Below are positions 25,142 to 37,247 of a DNA stretch of 64,000 bases, piece by piece. A program made the translations under genes and the position numbers. The stretch is from Cycas panzhihuaensis. Taxonomy: Eukaryota > Plantae > Cycadophyta. The notes under the pieces were generated by a model. It was not told the DNA's origin. It did no database searches and saw only the letters and a program-made list of their open reading frames with translations. The DNA lies in the NCBI GenBank assembly GCA_023213395.1, contig CM041465.1, positions 97,161,741-97,225,740 on the forward strand. Reading direction: 5' to 3'. Numbering within the stretch: the first letter of the stretch is position 1; the number at the start of each line of letters is the position of its first letter.

Positions 25142-26964
25142 GTTCAAACCACTTTTCAAAAGAGAGCAAAATAAAATAGAGGGGAAGGAATACTTGTTGT
25201 AGGTAGATCAGGGCAAATCTACCTAAGAAAAGAGGAAAGAAGGCCAACCCTGCAGGGTTTATAGGTAAAACCCTATGAAGGCTGCAACTTGAAGATGAGA
25301 TTAGACTAAAAAGGGAGATTTGTGCTTGGCACCGCAATAAACTTCGTGGTATTGCAAAGTTTACAACGGTACCATGATCTTTATCGCGATGCGACAAAGC
25401 ATAGGTAAAAATAAAGGAAGAGAAAGGCTGGAAGCTTAGAGAGGGAGATACTCTAGGCCTAAGGGGCATAACACTCTATCCAGATGGCAAGAGATAGCCA
25501 TGGGACCAAAGGGACCAATGTTAGGTGAAATACCAAAGATAAGAAGCTCCCAAAAAGGCTAACAAACCGGTGAAGAAACACCAACCATGCCTAGGCAAGG
25601 TGATAGAGGTTGAGGTGTGTCAACAGAGATGTGATTGGGCCATGGTGGCCAACTGGTACTTGGGACAACATGGAGACGTTGAGGAGGGTTATGGAGTGCC
25701 ATGGGATGCATATCCCTAAATCGTCATAGGTTGAAGTGGTGTAATGTAATATGATCAAGCAACGGATACATAATAGTCACGCAATGAACCAAGCAATCAT
25801 GTAGTGTAAAAAAAAATGCTTCAATTTATTTTTCTTAGAATTGATAAAGGCAAGAGATAGAAGCGCACTTATACTTACCTGAGTCAACTTGTCTATGTCC
25901 ATTCTCAGTAGCTGAGAAATAGAAGCCAAAATCACTAAAAAATAAGAAAAATAGAAAATGAGCAACAATTCCAAAACAATATAGAAAGGTTTGGAGATAA
26001 CTAAAAAGTAAGTATAGAAAGCTAGATAAATGGCTTATTACTATCACTAGGAGAGGAGGTTTTGAATACAAACATAACATAATTTATTCAATTTTCATTA
26101 CATTTTCATCTAGTTTTATTTCATTACAACAACCTATCTAACAAGTTGGAACAGTTTAGGAGCAAATTTAGGCCTGCTTTTCAATGGAAATAGTGTGCAA
26201 TCTACAACTAAGATGCAAAGATTATTGGAATGTATATAAAATCTACTTCCACTAAATTCCTCTCTCATTAGGTATTCACATAACATGTGAAGGAAATTGA
26301 ATACTTTAATTATTGTGAAATGTTAGAAATTTTAATGCATTTTGTCTCGAATGGGCATTGTAAAAATGGTTAAATAAACTTGTATTCATTTAAATTAACA
26401 CACTTAAAATTTTTGAAAGAATCTATATCCATTTCACAAAATAAATCTCTCAAAACCACTACTTATGGTCAAAACTTTGAACCTAGAGAAAATACTAAAT
26501 AAAGAATACCAACACAAATCATAACTATAATGAGTTAATATCAAGATAATCTTCTTTCCATTCTCCATTGGAGTTATAAAGAGATTAGATCCAAATTAAC
26601 AAGTTTATTAAGTCTATGGTAATAAGTTGAACAAGAAGGTTATAAACACATTAACTAATATTTGAAAGTTCAAAACAAAGAATGGGCACGTTAGAAGTTT
26701 TTTTTAGAACAAATTTAATCCTCACATGCAAGATGCATTCATCATCTAAAAACTAGTTTCATGAGATCGATGGCATCTCCTTAACTTGCAAAAAAAAAAT
26801 AGTATATGTAAAGGGTAGTAACTCCTTGTTGCTTGTGGTTCTCATTACGAGGAGAGATTTGCATTTAGTATTGACACTGGAGTTGACTTGTCTTGTTAGG
26901 CTAGAATTATTCATCCATACAAATGTGTGTCGAGTACTTAGTCACATACTAAAGGTTAAAAAGC

Positions 26965-29900
26965 ATGTTCCATGTAAGAAAGGCAATATCCAAAAGTTTT
27001 ACCTTCGGAAATAGCACCGCTGCTCTTAAGCAATGGCCTCTAGAAAAAATGAGGAGAGACCTGCAAGCTGGCATGGTTTTCTATGGAACCCATAGGGAGC
27101 TAAGTGCACTTTGTGAGGAGGGACGACTGAAAGAAGCACTGGTCATGCTGCATTTTATGGACCATCTGGGTTTTCAGGCAGAGTTCAATGTATATGCCCC
27201 GCTCTTACAGGCTTGTGTTAATATGAAAGCTCCCGCAGAAGGGAAACGGGTTCATGCGCACATAATCAAGACTGGATTTAAGCCAAATGTTTTTGTGGAG
27301 ACTAAATTCGTTATATTGTATGCCAAATGCGGGTGCATGGTTGATGCACTCCAGATGTTCGACAAAATGTCTGAACGAAAAGTGGTCTCCTGGACTGCTA
27401 TGATTGCCGGATTTGCACAGAGTGGTTATGCCGACAAGGCCTTGAAACTCTTTTCCCAAATGCAAGGAACGGGCATAAAACCCAACCAATTTGCGTTTGC
27501 CGGCATTCTAAGTGCATGCGCAGGCCTAGAAGCTCTGGAACAGGGCAAGCAAGTCCATGCCCACATCATCCAAATGGGATTTGAGACAGATGTATCTGCG
27601 GGAAATGCGCTTATTACCATGTATGCAAAATGTCAGAATATAGATGCTGTCTTTCGAGTGTTTGACAAAATGCCGGAAAGAGATGTGGTTTCCTGGACGG
27701 CAATGATTACGGGATGTGCGCGGAATGGCAGAATAGAGGATGCGTGCAATTTGTTTGACAAAATGCCTAACCGAAATGTTGTCACGTGGAATGCCATGAT
27801 TGCAGGATGCACTCAGAATGGAAGAATGGTAGAGGGGCGCCGTCTGTTTGAGAACATGCCTGAAAGAAATGTGGTTTCATGGAATACTATGATTGCAGGA
27901 TACGCCCAGAATGACAATAGTGAGGAGGTTATCAAACTTTTCTCCCAAATGCAACGGGTTGCCATGCAACCGAATCGGTCCACCTTCATCAGCGTTCTCA
28001 CTTCATGCGCAAGCATGGAAACAAGAGAACAGGGCGAGCAGGTCCATACCCAAATTATCAAAAGAGGATTTGTGTCAGATGTCTCGGTAGGAAATGCGAT
28101 TGTTTCCATGTATGGTAAATGTGGGAACATAAATGATGCTTATCAAATGGCATGCAAAATGCCGGAACAAGACGAGGTGTCATGGAATGCAATACTTGCA
28201 GGATACGTTCAGAACAGGAGATTATTAGACGCGAGCCACTTGTTTGACACAATGCCTAGGCGAGATGTGGTTTCCTGGAATACAATGATTGCAGGCTATG
28301 CACAGAATAGGATGGTAACTGCTGCACGTGAACTGTTTGACAAAATGCATCAACGAAATGTGGTGTCATGGAATACTATGATTGCAGGATATATCCAGAA
28401 TGGAAAAATAGAGGATGCTTGCAATTTATTTGAGAGAATGCCTGTTCGCAATGTGGTGTCTTGGAATACAATGATTGCAGGATATGTCCAGAGTGGGAGA
28501 ATAAATGATGCCCGCCACATTTTTGACAAGATGCCTGAAAGGAATGTAGTCTCATGGACTACCATAATTGCAGGATATGCCCAGAATGGAAAAATAGACG
28601 ATGCACGTCATATGTTTGACGAAATGCCTGAACGAAATCCAGTCACATGGAATGCTATGATTGCGGCATATGCACGGAATGGAAGAATGGAAGATGCGCA
28701 GCACATGTTCAACAAAATGCCTGAATTAAATACAGTCTCATGGAATGTGATGATAACAGGATATGCACATTATGGTAGGATAGAGGATGCCCGAAACATG
28801 TTTAACAAAATGCCTGAACGCAATGTGGTTTCATGGACTGCGATGATTGCAGGATATGCTCAGAGTGGGCATGGTGAAGAGGCCCTAAAACTCTTTTCCC
28901 AAATGCAATGGGCAGGCATGATGGGGAATCGGTCCACTTTCAGCTGTCTACTTAGTGCATGTACCAGCTTAGCAATTCTGGAACAAGGCAAACAGGTCCA
29001 TGTCCATGTCATCAAAACAGGAATGGAATCGGATGTCTTTGTCGGGAATGCCCTTATTACCATGTATGCAAGATGTGGGAGTGTAGAGGATGCATGCCGA
29101 ATGTTTAAAAATATGCCTGAACAAGATATTGTATCATGGACTGCCATTATCACAGGATATGCCCAGCATGGTTTTGGGGAGGAGGCTCTCCAACTCTTTG
29201 AACAAATGCAAAGGGCAGATATGGAGCCTAACCACATTGCCTTTGTTGGTGTCCTATCTGCCTGCAGCCATGCGGGCCTAGTGGATGAAGGTTGGCATTA
29301 CTTCAATTCCATGTGTCGAGATCATTTCATAATGCCAAGAATGGAGCACTATGCCTGCATGGTTGACCTTCTTGGCCGCTCTGGACACCTAGATGAGGCG
29401 GAGGAATTTATTAACAATATGCCATTTAAACCTGATGCTGTTGTGTTCAAGGCCTTGTTGGGTGCCTGCAGAAGCCATGTAAATATAGAGCTAGGTAAGC
29501 GTGTAGCAGAATGCCTTTTTGAGTTAGAACCACACAATGCTGCGCCATATGTGTTGTTGTCAAACATATATGCAGTGGCTGGGAAGTGGGATGATGTATC
29601 AAAGGTGAGATTAATGATGAAGGATAGAGGGGTTAAAAAGAATCCAGGATGCAGCTGGATTGAGGTCCAGGACAGGGTTCATGTCTTCCTCGTAGGGGAT
29701 AGATCACACCCTGAAATTGGAAAAATTCATGCAATGTTGGAGAAAATGCTGAGGCAGATGGAGGCAGTAGGGTATGTGGCTGACACAAACTCTGTGCTGT
29801 ATGATCTGGAGGAGGAACAGAAGGAGCATGCTCTATGCTACCACAGCGAGAAGCTGGCCATTGCTTTTGGCCTTATCAGCATACCGCCTGCAATGCCTAT

Positions 29901-30051
29901 TCGGATCATTAAGAACCTCCGGGTATGTGGTGACTGCCACACCGCTACCAAGTTTATCTCCAAGATTGTTGGGCGAGAAATTGTTGTGAGGGACACCAAC
30001 CGCTTCCATCATTTTAAGCAGGGGAGTTGTTCTTGCGGGGATTATTGGTGA
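26965..30051 (+). CDS. PLS-class pentatricopeptide repeat protein with E1-E2-DYW (DYW:PG) cytidine deaminase domain; organellar C-to-U RNA editing factor, 1028 aa, single exon
   Basis: 23 clear PPR motifs (L-S-P-L-S-SS2-P-L-S-SS7-P-L-S-P2-L2-S2), E1/E2, PG box KKNPGCSWIEV, HSEKLA and CGDCH zinc/catalytic motifs, C-terminal CSCGDYW. Uninterrupted ORF with a basic, Ser-rich N-terminus (possible transit peptide). Confidence 0.97.
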   Translation: MFHVRKAISKSFTFGNSTAALKQWPLEKMRRDLQAGMVFYGTHRELSALCEEGRLKEALVMLHFMDHLGFQAEFNVYAPLLQACVNMKAPAEGKRVHAHIIKTGFKPNVFVETKFVILYAKCGCMVDALQMFDKMSERKVVSWTAMIAGFAQSGYADKALKLFSQMQGTGIKPNQFAFAGILSACAGLEALEQGKQVHAHIIQMGFETDVSAGNALITMYAKCQNIDAVFRVFDKMPERDVVSWTAMITGCARNGRIEDACNLFDKMPNRNVVTWNAMIAGCTQNGRMVEGRRLFENMPERNVVSWNTMIAGYAQNDNSEEVIKLFSQMQRVAMQPNRSTFISVLTSCASMETREQGEQVHTQIIKRGFVSDVSVGNAIVSMYGKCGNINDAYQMACKMPEQDEVSWNAILAGYVQNRRLLDASHLFDTMPRRDVVSWNTMIAGYAQNRMVTAARELFDKMHQRNVVSWNTMIAGYIQNGKIEDACNLFERMPVRNVVSWNTMIAGYVQSGRINDARHIFDKMPERNVVSWTTIIAGYAQNGKIDDARHMFDEMPERNPVTWNAMIAAYARNGRMEDAQHMFNKMPELNTVSWNVMITGYAHYGRIEDARNMFNKMPERNVVSWTAMIAGYAQSGHGEEALKLFSQMQWAGMMGNRSTFSCLLSACTSLAILEQGKQVHVHVIKTGMESDVFVGNALITMYARCGSVEDACRMFKNMPEQDIVSWTAIITGYAQHGFGEEALQLFEQMQRADMEPNHIAFVGVLSACSHAGLVDEGWHYFNSMCRDHFIMPRMEHYACMVDLLGRSGHLDEAEEFINNMPFKPDAVVFKALLGACRSHVNIELGKRVAECLFELEPHNAAPYVLLSNIYAVAGKWDDVSKVRLMMKDRGVKKNPGCSWIEVQDRVHVFLVGDRSHPEIGKIHAMLEKMLRQMEAVGYVADTNSVLYDLEEEQKEHALCYHSEKLAIAFGLISIPPAMPIRIIKNLRVCGDCHTATKFISKIVGREIVVRDTNRFHHFKQGSCSCGDYW

Positions 30052-30379
30052 TGCAACTTGAAAAAAGCAGCAGCCATTAACTTTTTATTCTTGGCTTTTC
30101 CCTTGTTTATCGGGAAATGCAATTATTTGGGTTACCTGTGCAGTATAGTGTTTGGAGATATGAGGCACAATAATATTGGTAACATGAAACTCACTGGTAA
30201 AGCTTTGACAATTCCTTGATGCCATGAAATTGTATTCTGTAGTCATGAAGCACACACATTTTGGCAAGGCGCAAAAAAATTAAAGTGCGTCAACATAAGG
30301 CATCGAATCCCTCTTGCCATTACAAGTCTGGATCCTTTAAGCCTTTATGTGGACTCAAAGTAGCACATCAATATTTTAT

Positions 30380-30863
30380 CTAAGTTGTCAGAAACATGGA
30401 AGCCGCGAAATGCCAAGATGGAGACAGAAACATGGAAATGCCAGTTTACATAAAAATTTAGAAACGTAGGAATGTTAAATTCGGAATTTCTAAAAGGTAT
30501 TTAAGAAGTATATTAAGTCATGCATATAAAAATCAAAATGCACATACATACATTGTATAGCAGGGAATGCAAAATAATGTGTCATTTGGTTTATTTATTT
30601 TTTTCAAAATTTTAGATGTTAATTTAAGACTTAGGAACTAGGGTATATAGTGAGTGAGGGCCATGTATGATGTGGGTTCCAGCTGTGGGAAATTTGATCA
30701 GAAACACAACTAAAATGTGTTTTCTAGGTGGAAATGCCCAGTCAACATTTCTGGGCAATGAAAGCAATGTGAAAATGTTTCCTGAAGGTATTTGGAACAT
30801 TTTTTTTGTTTGAGTTTCAGAAAAATGGAGCTGTCAAGAAAAGTGGAGTTTCCAAAAACATAG
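30380..30863. mobile_element. Old non-autonomous hAT-type MITE
   Basis: Imperfect 16-bp TIRs (CTAAGTTGTCAGAAAC / GTTTCCAAAAACATAG, 12/16), 8-bp TSD TATTTTAT / TGTTTTAT (7/8), GAAAC/GTTTC subterminal motifs. Confidence 0.65.
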
Positions 30864-31107
30864 TGTTTTATAGTAAGTTCCCACCAATTGTTAGTTAGTG
30901 TAAGCCAAGTAAAATAGAGGCTATCCGGTGTTAAATTGCAGTTATACAGATCTTGCAATTCCATCAAATGATTGCATCAATAAAGAGAACATGACAGCTA
31001 TTCTTCAAGGTTGATTGCCTGACCTTTCTAGAAAATTCATATTTAGTAAAATATTTAGTTTCTTCCACATGATTGATGACCTTGATGTTAAGGAGTTCTT
31101 CCACTTT

Positions 31108-31660
31108 TGTGCTGAGAAATCATGTTGGTTGCAATTGGAATCGAAGGCTGCGGGAAGACAAAACCAAAGAGGGAAGTCGATTGCGACCAATTGGTTGCAA
31201 TGTCTGGTGGAATGATGGTGATTCAAATTGAAGTTACATCAGCCTTAGCAATAACGGTTCAAGCGACCACAACATAAGCAGCAAACGGTTGGAAGCAACT
31301 GCAACCAATCGTAAACCAGTAACTATTATGGCACTTGACAGTTACAGAATGACTTATGAAAATATAAATATGTAATGGGTAGTCGTAAAAGAGATGCATA
31401 GGCATGTGCATGAGTACTGGTTGGAATCACTGTATCGAGCGTTATGCCCCTATACATATTGTAAAGAACGTCCTACTGTATTGCGTCAGTTGCAACCTTG
31501 TGTACTATTTAGGGTTTGCATCTGGTTGTGAGAGGATTAGATGCAACTCATCATTAATACAATTATCATAGTTTGCGTTCACTTCGATTGATCTTTGTGC
31601 TGCTGTTCTACTTTGATTATAAGATTGTTATGTATTAAACATAGGCTAGCAAAGCACACA
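31108..31660 (+). repeat. Athila-like element 5' LTR
   Basis: TG...CA termini; first ~95 bp align with 53781-53878; PBS follows after 1 nt. Confidence 0.8.
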
Positions 31661-31661
31661 T

Positions 31662-31674
31662 TGGTTCCATTGCC
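31662..31674 (+). promoter_or_regulatory. Primer-binding site, tRNA-Glu-like
   Basis: TGGTTCCATTGCC versus TGGTTCCGTTGCC, the recalled complement of the plant cytosolic tRNA-Glu 3' end; one CpG-type change. Confidence 0.65.
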
Positions 31675-34259
31675 TTCTAAATTAAGGCAAAGGATGGTGA
31701 ATGTCATAATGAACAAAGCTAAGTAAGTTGTTGGGTCCTCTTCCATGCCACCCAAGGTCGAAGTAAATCATGCCGCAATCATGGATAACATTGGGATAAA
31801 GATAGACTCTAGATTGGAATATGTAGGCCCAAATTTGTATTGATGCCAAGGAAGCAGGTGAAGAGGCAACCATCTGCAAACTTGATGGAGAAGAGGAAGT
31901 CAAAAAATGAAGGTTAATTAAACAAACACAAGATGGGCGTGGAACCAAACGAGAGGACTGTCAAAGAGCAGGCAATACAAAATAAAGATGACCAAAGTTG
32001 TGTAATAGAAGAGGAACCTAGAGACAAGAAAACAATACAAACATATTCAATCAAGGAAGACTTTACTGAGGGTGATAGTTGGCAACAAAGTTTAAAAGAA
32101 GAAGATTTCACTGTAAAAGATATCCTGCAAGAGGAGGTATTGAATAAGGATTTTCCCCAAAGTGAAGATTGGCAAGTATATATTTCAGAAGAAGTTTCAA
32201 CATAGGAGGAAAATCTAATTGAATTAAGAGTATACAATATAGTCGAACAACCCTGGATCCACCATTTATTGGAAGTTAGAACTCCAAGTCACATAATAAA
32301 TCCCCTCTTTAAATTACCAATGGCAAGTCCAGGTAGCAATATAGGAGGAGAAGGAGGGAGTCACACACCACCAGGGGGATACAAAGTGGGATATGGGGCG
32401 GAACAGGCCAAGGAGGTACGACAGCTTATATCATTGTGCAAAGTGACTCTATTTTTTCAACTCGATGGACCTACAAATTTAGGAGATCATTTGGCCTTAT
32501 TTAAAAATATGATTCAAATTAAAAGAATTGTAGATCAAAATGAGATAAAAGTTTAATACGTAGTAGACTTTGGAAGAAATTCGACAATATCCTTGAGAGT
32601 CTGTAAATAACTTTGATGGAAAGATGCAAGTTATTATAAATCAAATGCAATCTATTATGGCAATAAATCCTATGCTTGCCATGAAATATTTTGTGTAGGG
32701 ATTGATATTGCAACTTGGAGACAAAGTAATGTTGCACCCAATTAACAATTACGAGCATGTAAGAGAGTAGTTTTAAAATTTAAAAATCAAATGAAATCAG
32801 CTTACTCTCAAATGGCAACTCAATGTTCAATATATTCTCCAATGAAGGGTGTTGGAATGTAATTCTTATAAACACCGCAAATGGGTACAGACTCATAAAT
32901 TGAGGCTTTGAAGAGGGAGGTCGGAGCATTGAAACAACAACCACTAGTCTCTGTTCTAGCAAACATGCAATAGAATCAGGAAGTGGAGAAGCTACATGCA
33001 AAATTGTCACGTTTATACATGGAGAAATTAGGAGAAAATATTTGATGCCCCCCACCTTACAATCAGCAAGGACACTTGAAGAATGAGCATAGTGGACTTT
33101 AAAAATGGTGTGAGAATTGTAGATGAAACAACCATAATATTTGGGAGTGTTTTTTCAGGCCAAAGCATAATGAAGGAGAAGTCTACAATGTATTTTTTCA
33201 GAAGACAAAACAAGGAATAATAAAGCAATGTAAAGGCAAAACAAAGCCAATTCATTGTTTTCGTTGGAGAAAAAAAGAGGAGAATTTGTTTGTGAAGAAC
33301 GCAAACCCATGGATCATGAATGGGCAATTTGTCCAAAGAACACTAAAGTACATAATGCCAATATGGTGGATGTTGTTTCAGACAAAGAAGTACTAGTATA
33401 TCTATAAACACATAGCGGTCAAATAATAGGGCCTCCTCCTTAGAGCAATTTTCTAGACCCAACAGTAGAGAAGTAAGGACTTTAGGAAGCAGTGAAGATT
33501 CTTCAAGAGATCGTGGGTGAAGTTCAACAGGAGCAAAGAGTCAAGGGCCAACAATATAAAAGAAGAACTATTCAAGGGTAAACTGCACAAGAAGGTATGA
33601 ATCCCTGATAGCAATTTCAAGCAATTAAAGATTTGCTTACTGAGCTAGGAGTTTTAATTCCTATCTCTATCATTTTTAAGTGGCGGGAAGCTAGCTACTT
33701 CCAACAGTTAGTATTGGAGTAAATTGAGAAACTTGTGCTTAGGGCTATTAAGGATAATGGGGTTGACCCAAGAGTTCCAATGGCAAATTTTGGGGCCAAC
33801 TTTGTGTAAAACAATTGTTGACGGATGCTCAGGGGTGAATGTGCTACTTGAATCCTCTTAGATAGCCTTGGGAAGGCTCGATGCGATTGCCCTAGACTAT
33901 TCAATTAGGTTGTCTGGGATGTTTCTTCCCAAAGGCTCTCATCGAAATGACAAAAATAGAAGATTTGCAACCACTTTATCCAACCAGAAAGGGCAATAGA
34001 TTACCAAAAGGGGCTCGAGAGCACAAGATCATCAATTAATCACCAAAAGAGAGTATTGTAGTACAATTCTTACAAGAAGAGAAATATCAAGTTACTTATC
34101 TTCTACAATTCGCAACCCTTAAATAGACAAAAGAGGGTCTTTTCCAAGCAATCCTATTAATGGCCCAAGTGGCCTTACATTTTATTGGACCATTTAACGG
34201 TCCAGGCACAAAGTTTCATAACAAATATTATCACTTAACCATATGGTATCTCTCTGCAC

Positions 34260-34320
34260 GATAATCCTTTACATAACTAGAATGATTCGCGTGATAATCC
34301 TTTACATAACTAGAATGATT
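34260..34320. repeat. 33-bp-period tandem duplication within the chromovirus 3' LTR
   Basis: GATAATCCTTTACATAACTAGAATGATT at 34260 and 34293; single copy in the other LTR. Confidence 0.9.
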
Positions 34321-37247
34321 AGTTATGTAATAGGTCCCCCTCTTCGAAATGCTAAGTCTGTGAGACATTTGAGGCGAAGATGTTGCTTAACAAAATCATT
34401 GCATTCCTAAGTTGCTTCATCCATGTTGTAGTCGACCCACTATATTAGATATTTATAAATTGACCGTTTCTAGAGATTGCTTTGTTTGCTAGTCAAGATA
34501 CATTTGGGGGGGATGGTAAGGGATTGTTCTTCGTCCAAAATTAGTAGAACTGTCTAGGGGATGTGGGTTTTGCTAATACACTTTTGGAGACAGGTAACAT
34601 GAAGAACATTATGGATTTTAGTGGTGGGAGAAAGGTCAAGGGCATATGCAACTTCATCAATACGTTTGAGGACTTTGTGTGGGCTATAATATTGAGGGTT
34701 AAGCTTATGGTTCTTATAATGTTAGATGGATTGTTGCTTATATGGTTGTAAGCAAATGAACACAACATCATCAATGTTGAAGGAGCGATCTGAACGATGG
34801 CGATCTGCTAATTGTTTCATTCGATTTTGGGCCATGGATAAATTTAGCTTGAGGGTGTTGAGAATTTGATTCATATGCTATAATTTCCGTTGTACTGTAG
34901 CAATGCGGAAGTTGGTGGCTAAGGTATGATGGGATAGTGGAGGGTATCCATATAAGGCCAAAAATGGGGACATTCTAATGGTTGAATGATGTGATGAGTT
35001 GTATTAGTATTCGACTAAGGCTAACCATGCTATCCATTTAGACTGGTGGTTGGATGCAAAATAGCGTAAGTCAGTTTTTAGAGTTTTGTTAAGGACCTTT
35101 GATTGGCTGTCAGTCTATGGATGATATGCAGAGCTTATATTAAACAATGTTTTTGAGGGTCTAAATAGTTTCTGTCAGAAGGAACTATTGAATTTGGGAT
35201 CTCGATCGCACATAATAGTAGATGGAAATCTATGTAAATAGAATATTGTTTGGAGGTAAATGCCTGCAATGTGTGGCGCCTTATAGGAAGTGTGGATAAG
35301 TAGAAAATGGACGTATTTTGTAAGCCTGTCAATGATCACTAGGATAGAGTCGTATCCATCATATATCAACAATCTCATGATAAAATCCATGGCAATATCT
35401 TGCCACTTGCCTTGCGAGATGTACAAAGGTTGCAGGAGACCTAGTTGTGGTTTTGTATCTACTTTGTTGCATTGGTAGGTATCACATTTAGAGATAAATG
35501 TGAGAATGGTGGACTTCATAGCTGGCCAAAAGAAGTCTAAATGGATCTTACAATATGTCTTATCAAATCCTGAATGACCACCTAGTGGAGAAGAATGATA
35601 TTCAGATAAAATCTCGGGAATAAAATATGACTGTGAGTGCACAAATATGCGATTTTGGTATAATAGGAGATTGTTATAGATGGATTTAATTCTTTTGTGT
35701 ATGGACTTTATCAACCCATTGTGAAAAGTTTGGTTGGGATTGGTTATTCGAAACCAATTCTTGTATCCATGTCAGCTGCGGAGTAGAGTTGGTGTGAATG
35801 GTGGGATCTTCAAGATGACAAGTGGTCTCATCGGATGTAGAGGTTGGTAGGCGAGAAAGAGCGTCTACCACATTATTATCTTTTCCCTTTTTGTAGGTGA
35901 TTATAAAGTCAAAAACTTGAAAGCAATCAATCCATTTGGTCTGTTTTTCTTATAGGATTGGTTGGTCCAGTAGGCGGCAAAGGCTAGGATAGTCAATGAG
36001 GATGGTAAATTTTAATCCAATTAGATATTGTTGTCATTTTTCTATGGCATAGAGGATTGCTCGTATTTTCTTTTGGTAGATGGAAAGTTTGCACTCATGG
36101 TCCTTTGAGTTTTTGATTTTCAAAAGCAATGGGGTGGGATTCCTGCATTAATACGACACACAATCCAAATCTAAATGCATCGCATTCCTATTGGAACAAA
36201 CAAGTAAAGACTAGTGAGCCCATAACTGGGGTGGTTGTCAGAACCTTCTTAAGGTGGATGAATACCTTATTGGCAGAGAGAGACCATTGGAAGGAATTTT
36301 TTCTAAGCAAGTTGAATAAAGGGTCTGTCAAGGCAACATAATTTCAAATGAACTGTCAGTAGAATCCAGTAAGTCCTAAGAAGGCCTACAATCAGGTAAG
36401 GATTTTGGGGTTGGCCAATTGGTCATGACTAGAATTTTATCAAGGTCTATCGGAACCCTTGCAGATAATACAATGTAGCCAAGGTATTGCAGTTCAATTT
36501 TTCCAAACTCGCATTTGGAGAATTTGGCATATAACTTATTCACAGCTAGGATTTGGAGAACTATTTCTAAGTGGCCTATATGAGCGGGCGTGTTTGAGCT
36601 GTGCATGAGGATATCGTCGAAAATAATGATGACAAATTTTCTAGGTATGAAGAGAATATTTTGTTCATTAATGCCTGGAAGGTAGGTGGAGCATTACATT
36701 GGCCAAATGGCATGACTTGAAACTCAAAATAACTAGGGTGAGTTTAGAAGGTTGTTTTCTGTTGATCTTCCAGTAGGATGGGGATCTAGTAATATTCTAA
36801 CTGTAGATCTAGTTTGGTAAAGACCTCAACACTATGGATCTCATCTAACATGTCGTTGATCTGTGGCATAGGGAACTTGTTTTTTATGGTTATTTTGTTT
36901 AATTTATGATAGTCAACACAAAATTAGAATGAGCTATCCTTTTTGTGAACTAACATGATGGGTGTAGCATATAGGCTGTTGCTAGGTTAAATAATGCTTA
37001 TATCCATTAATTCCTTGGTGATTTTTTTAATTTTATTTTTCTAAAAATATGAGTTCTCATATGGTAGAAGACTGATAGGGTTGTGCGAGTTTTGTAATTC
37101 AATAGTGTGATAGCAGCCTGAATTGGGTAGGGGGCTAGTAGGCAATGGAGTAAATACTAATTGGTATCGATCCAATACTTGTTGGATATCGTGGTGAATA
37201 CCCATGGGAGCCTAGATATTGTTGAGACGAACAATGTACCACACATT

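Larger units (their letters stand above)
1..25780 (-). mobile_element. Degenerate non-chromovirus Ty3/gypsy element (Tat-like): 5' LTR ~17230-25780 (split by copia-2), gag, protease, antisense PMD gene, RNase HI; runs off the left edge; right boundary approximate
   Basis: Minus-strand gag (PKFDG...LFPRSLQSNTLKWF), zinc knuckle CSIHGECFHKDSQC at ~13500, protease VDNGSSVN...YNLLLGRLW, minus-strand TATA-like CCTATAAA at ~25260. The flanks of copia-1 rejoin via TSD GAGTT. No second LTR or clear PBS in the window. Confidence 0.6.

Noticed and set aside
27205-29989. Multiple antisense and alternate-frame ORFs within the PPR gene
   Set aside because: Shadow ORFs produced by repeated PPR codon patterns; no independent homology.
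29630-30051. Possible reverse (U-to-C) DYW:KP editing domain
   Set aside because: It has the canonical PG box, HSE and DYW terminus, not the KP/HAE/GRP-type signatures.
31933-32205. Acidic 90-aa ORF as a separate gene
   Set aside because: Low-complexity remnant between the PBS and gag of the Athila-like element, with no identifiable domain.
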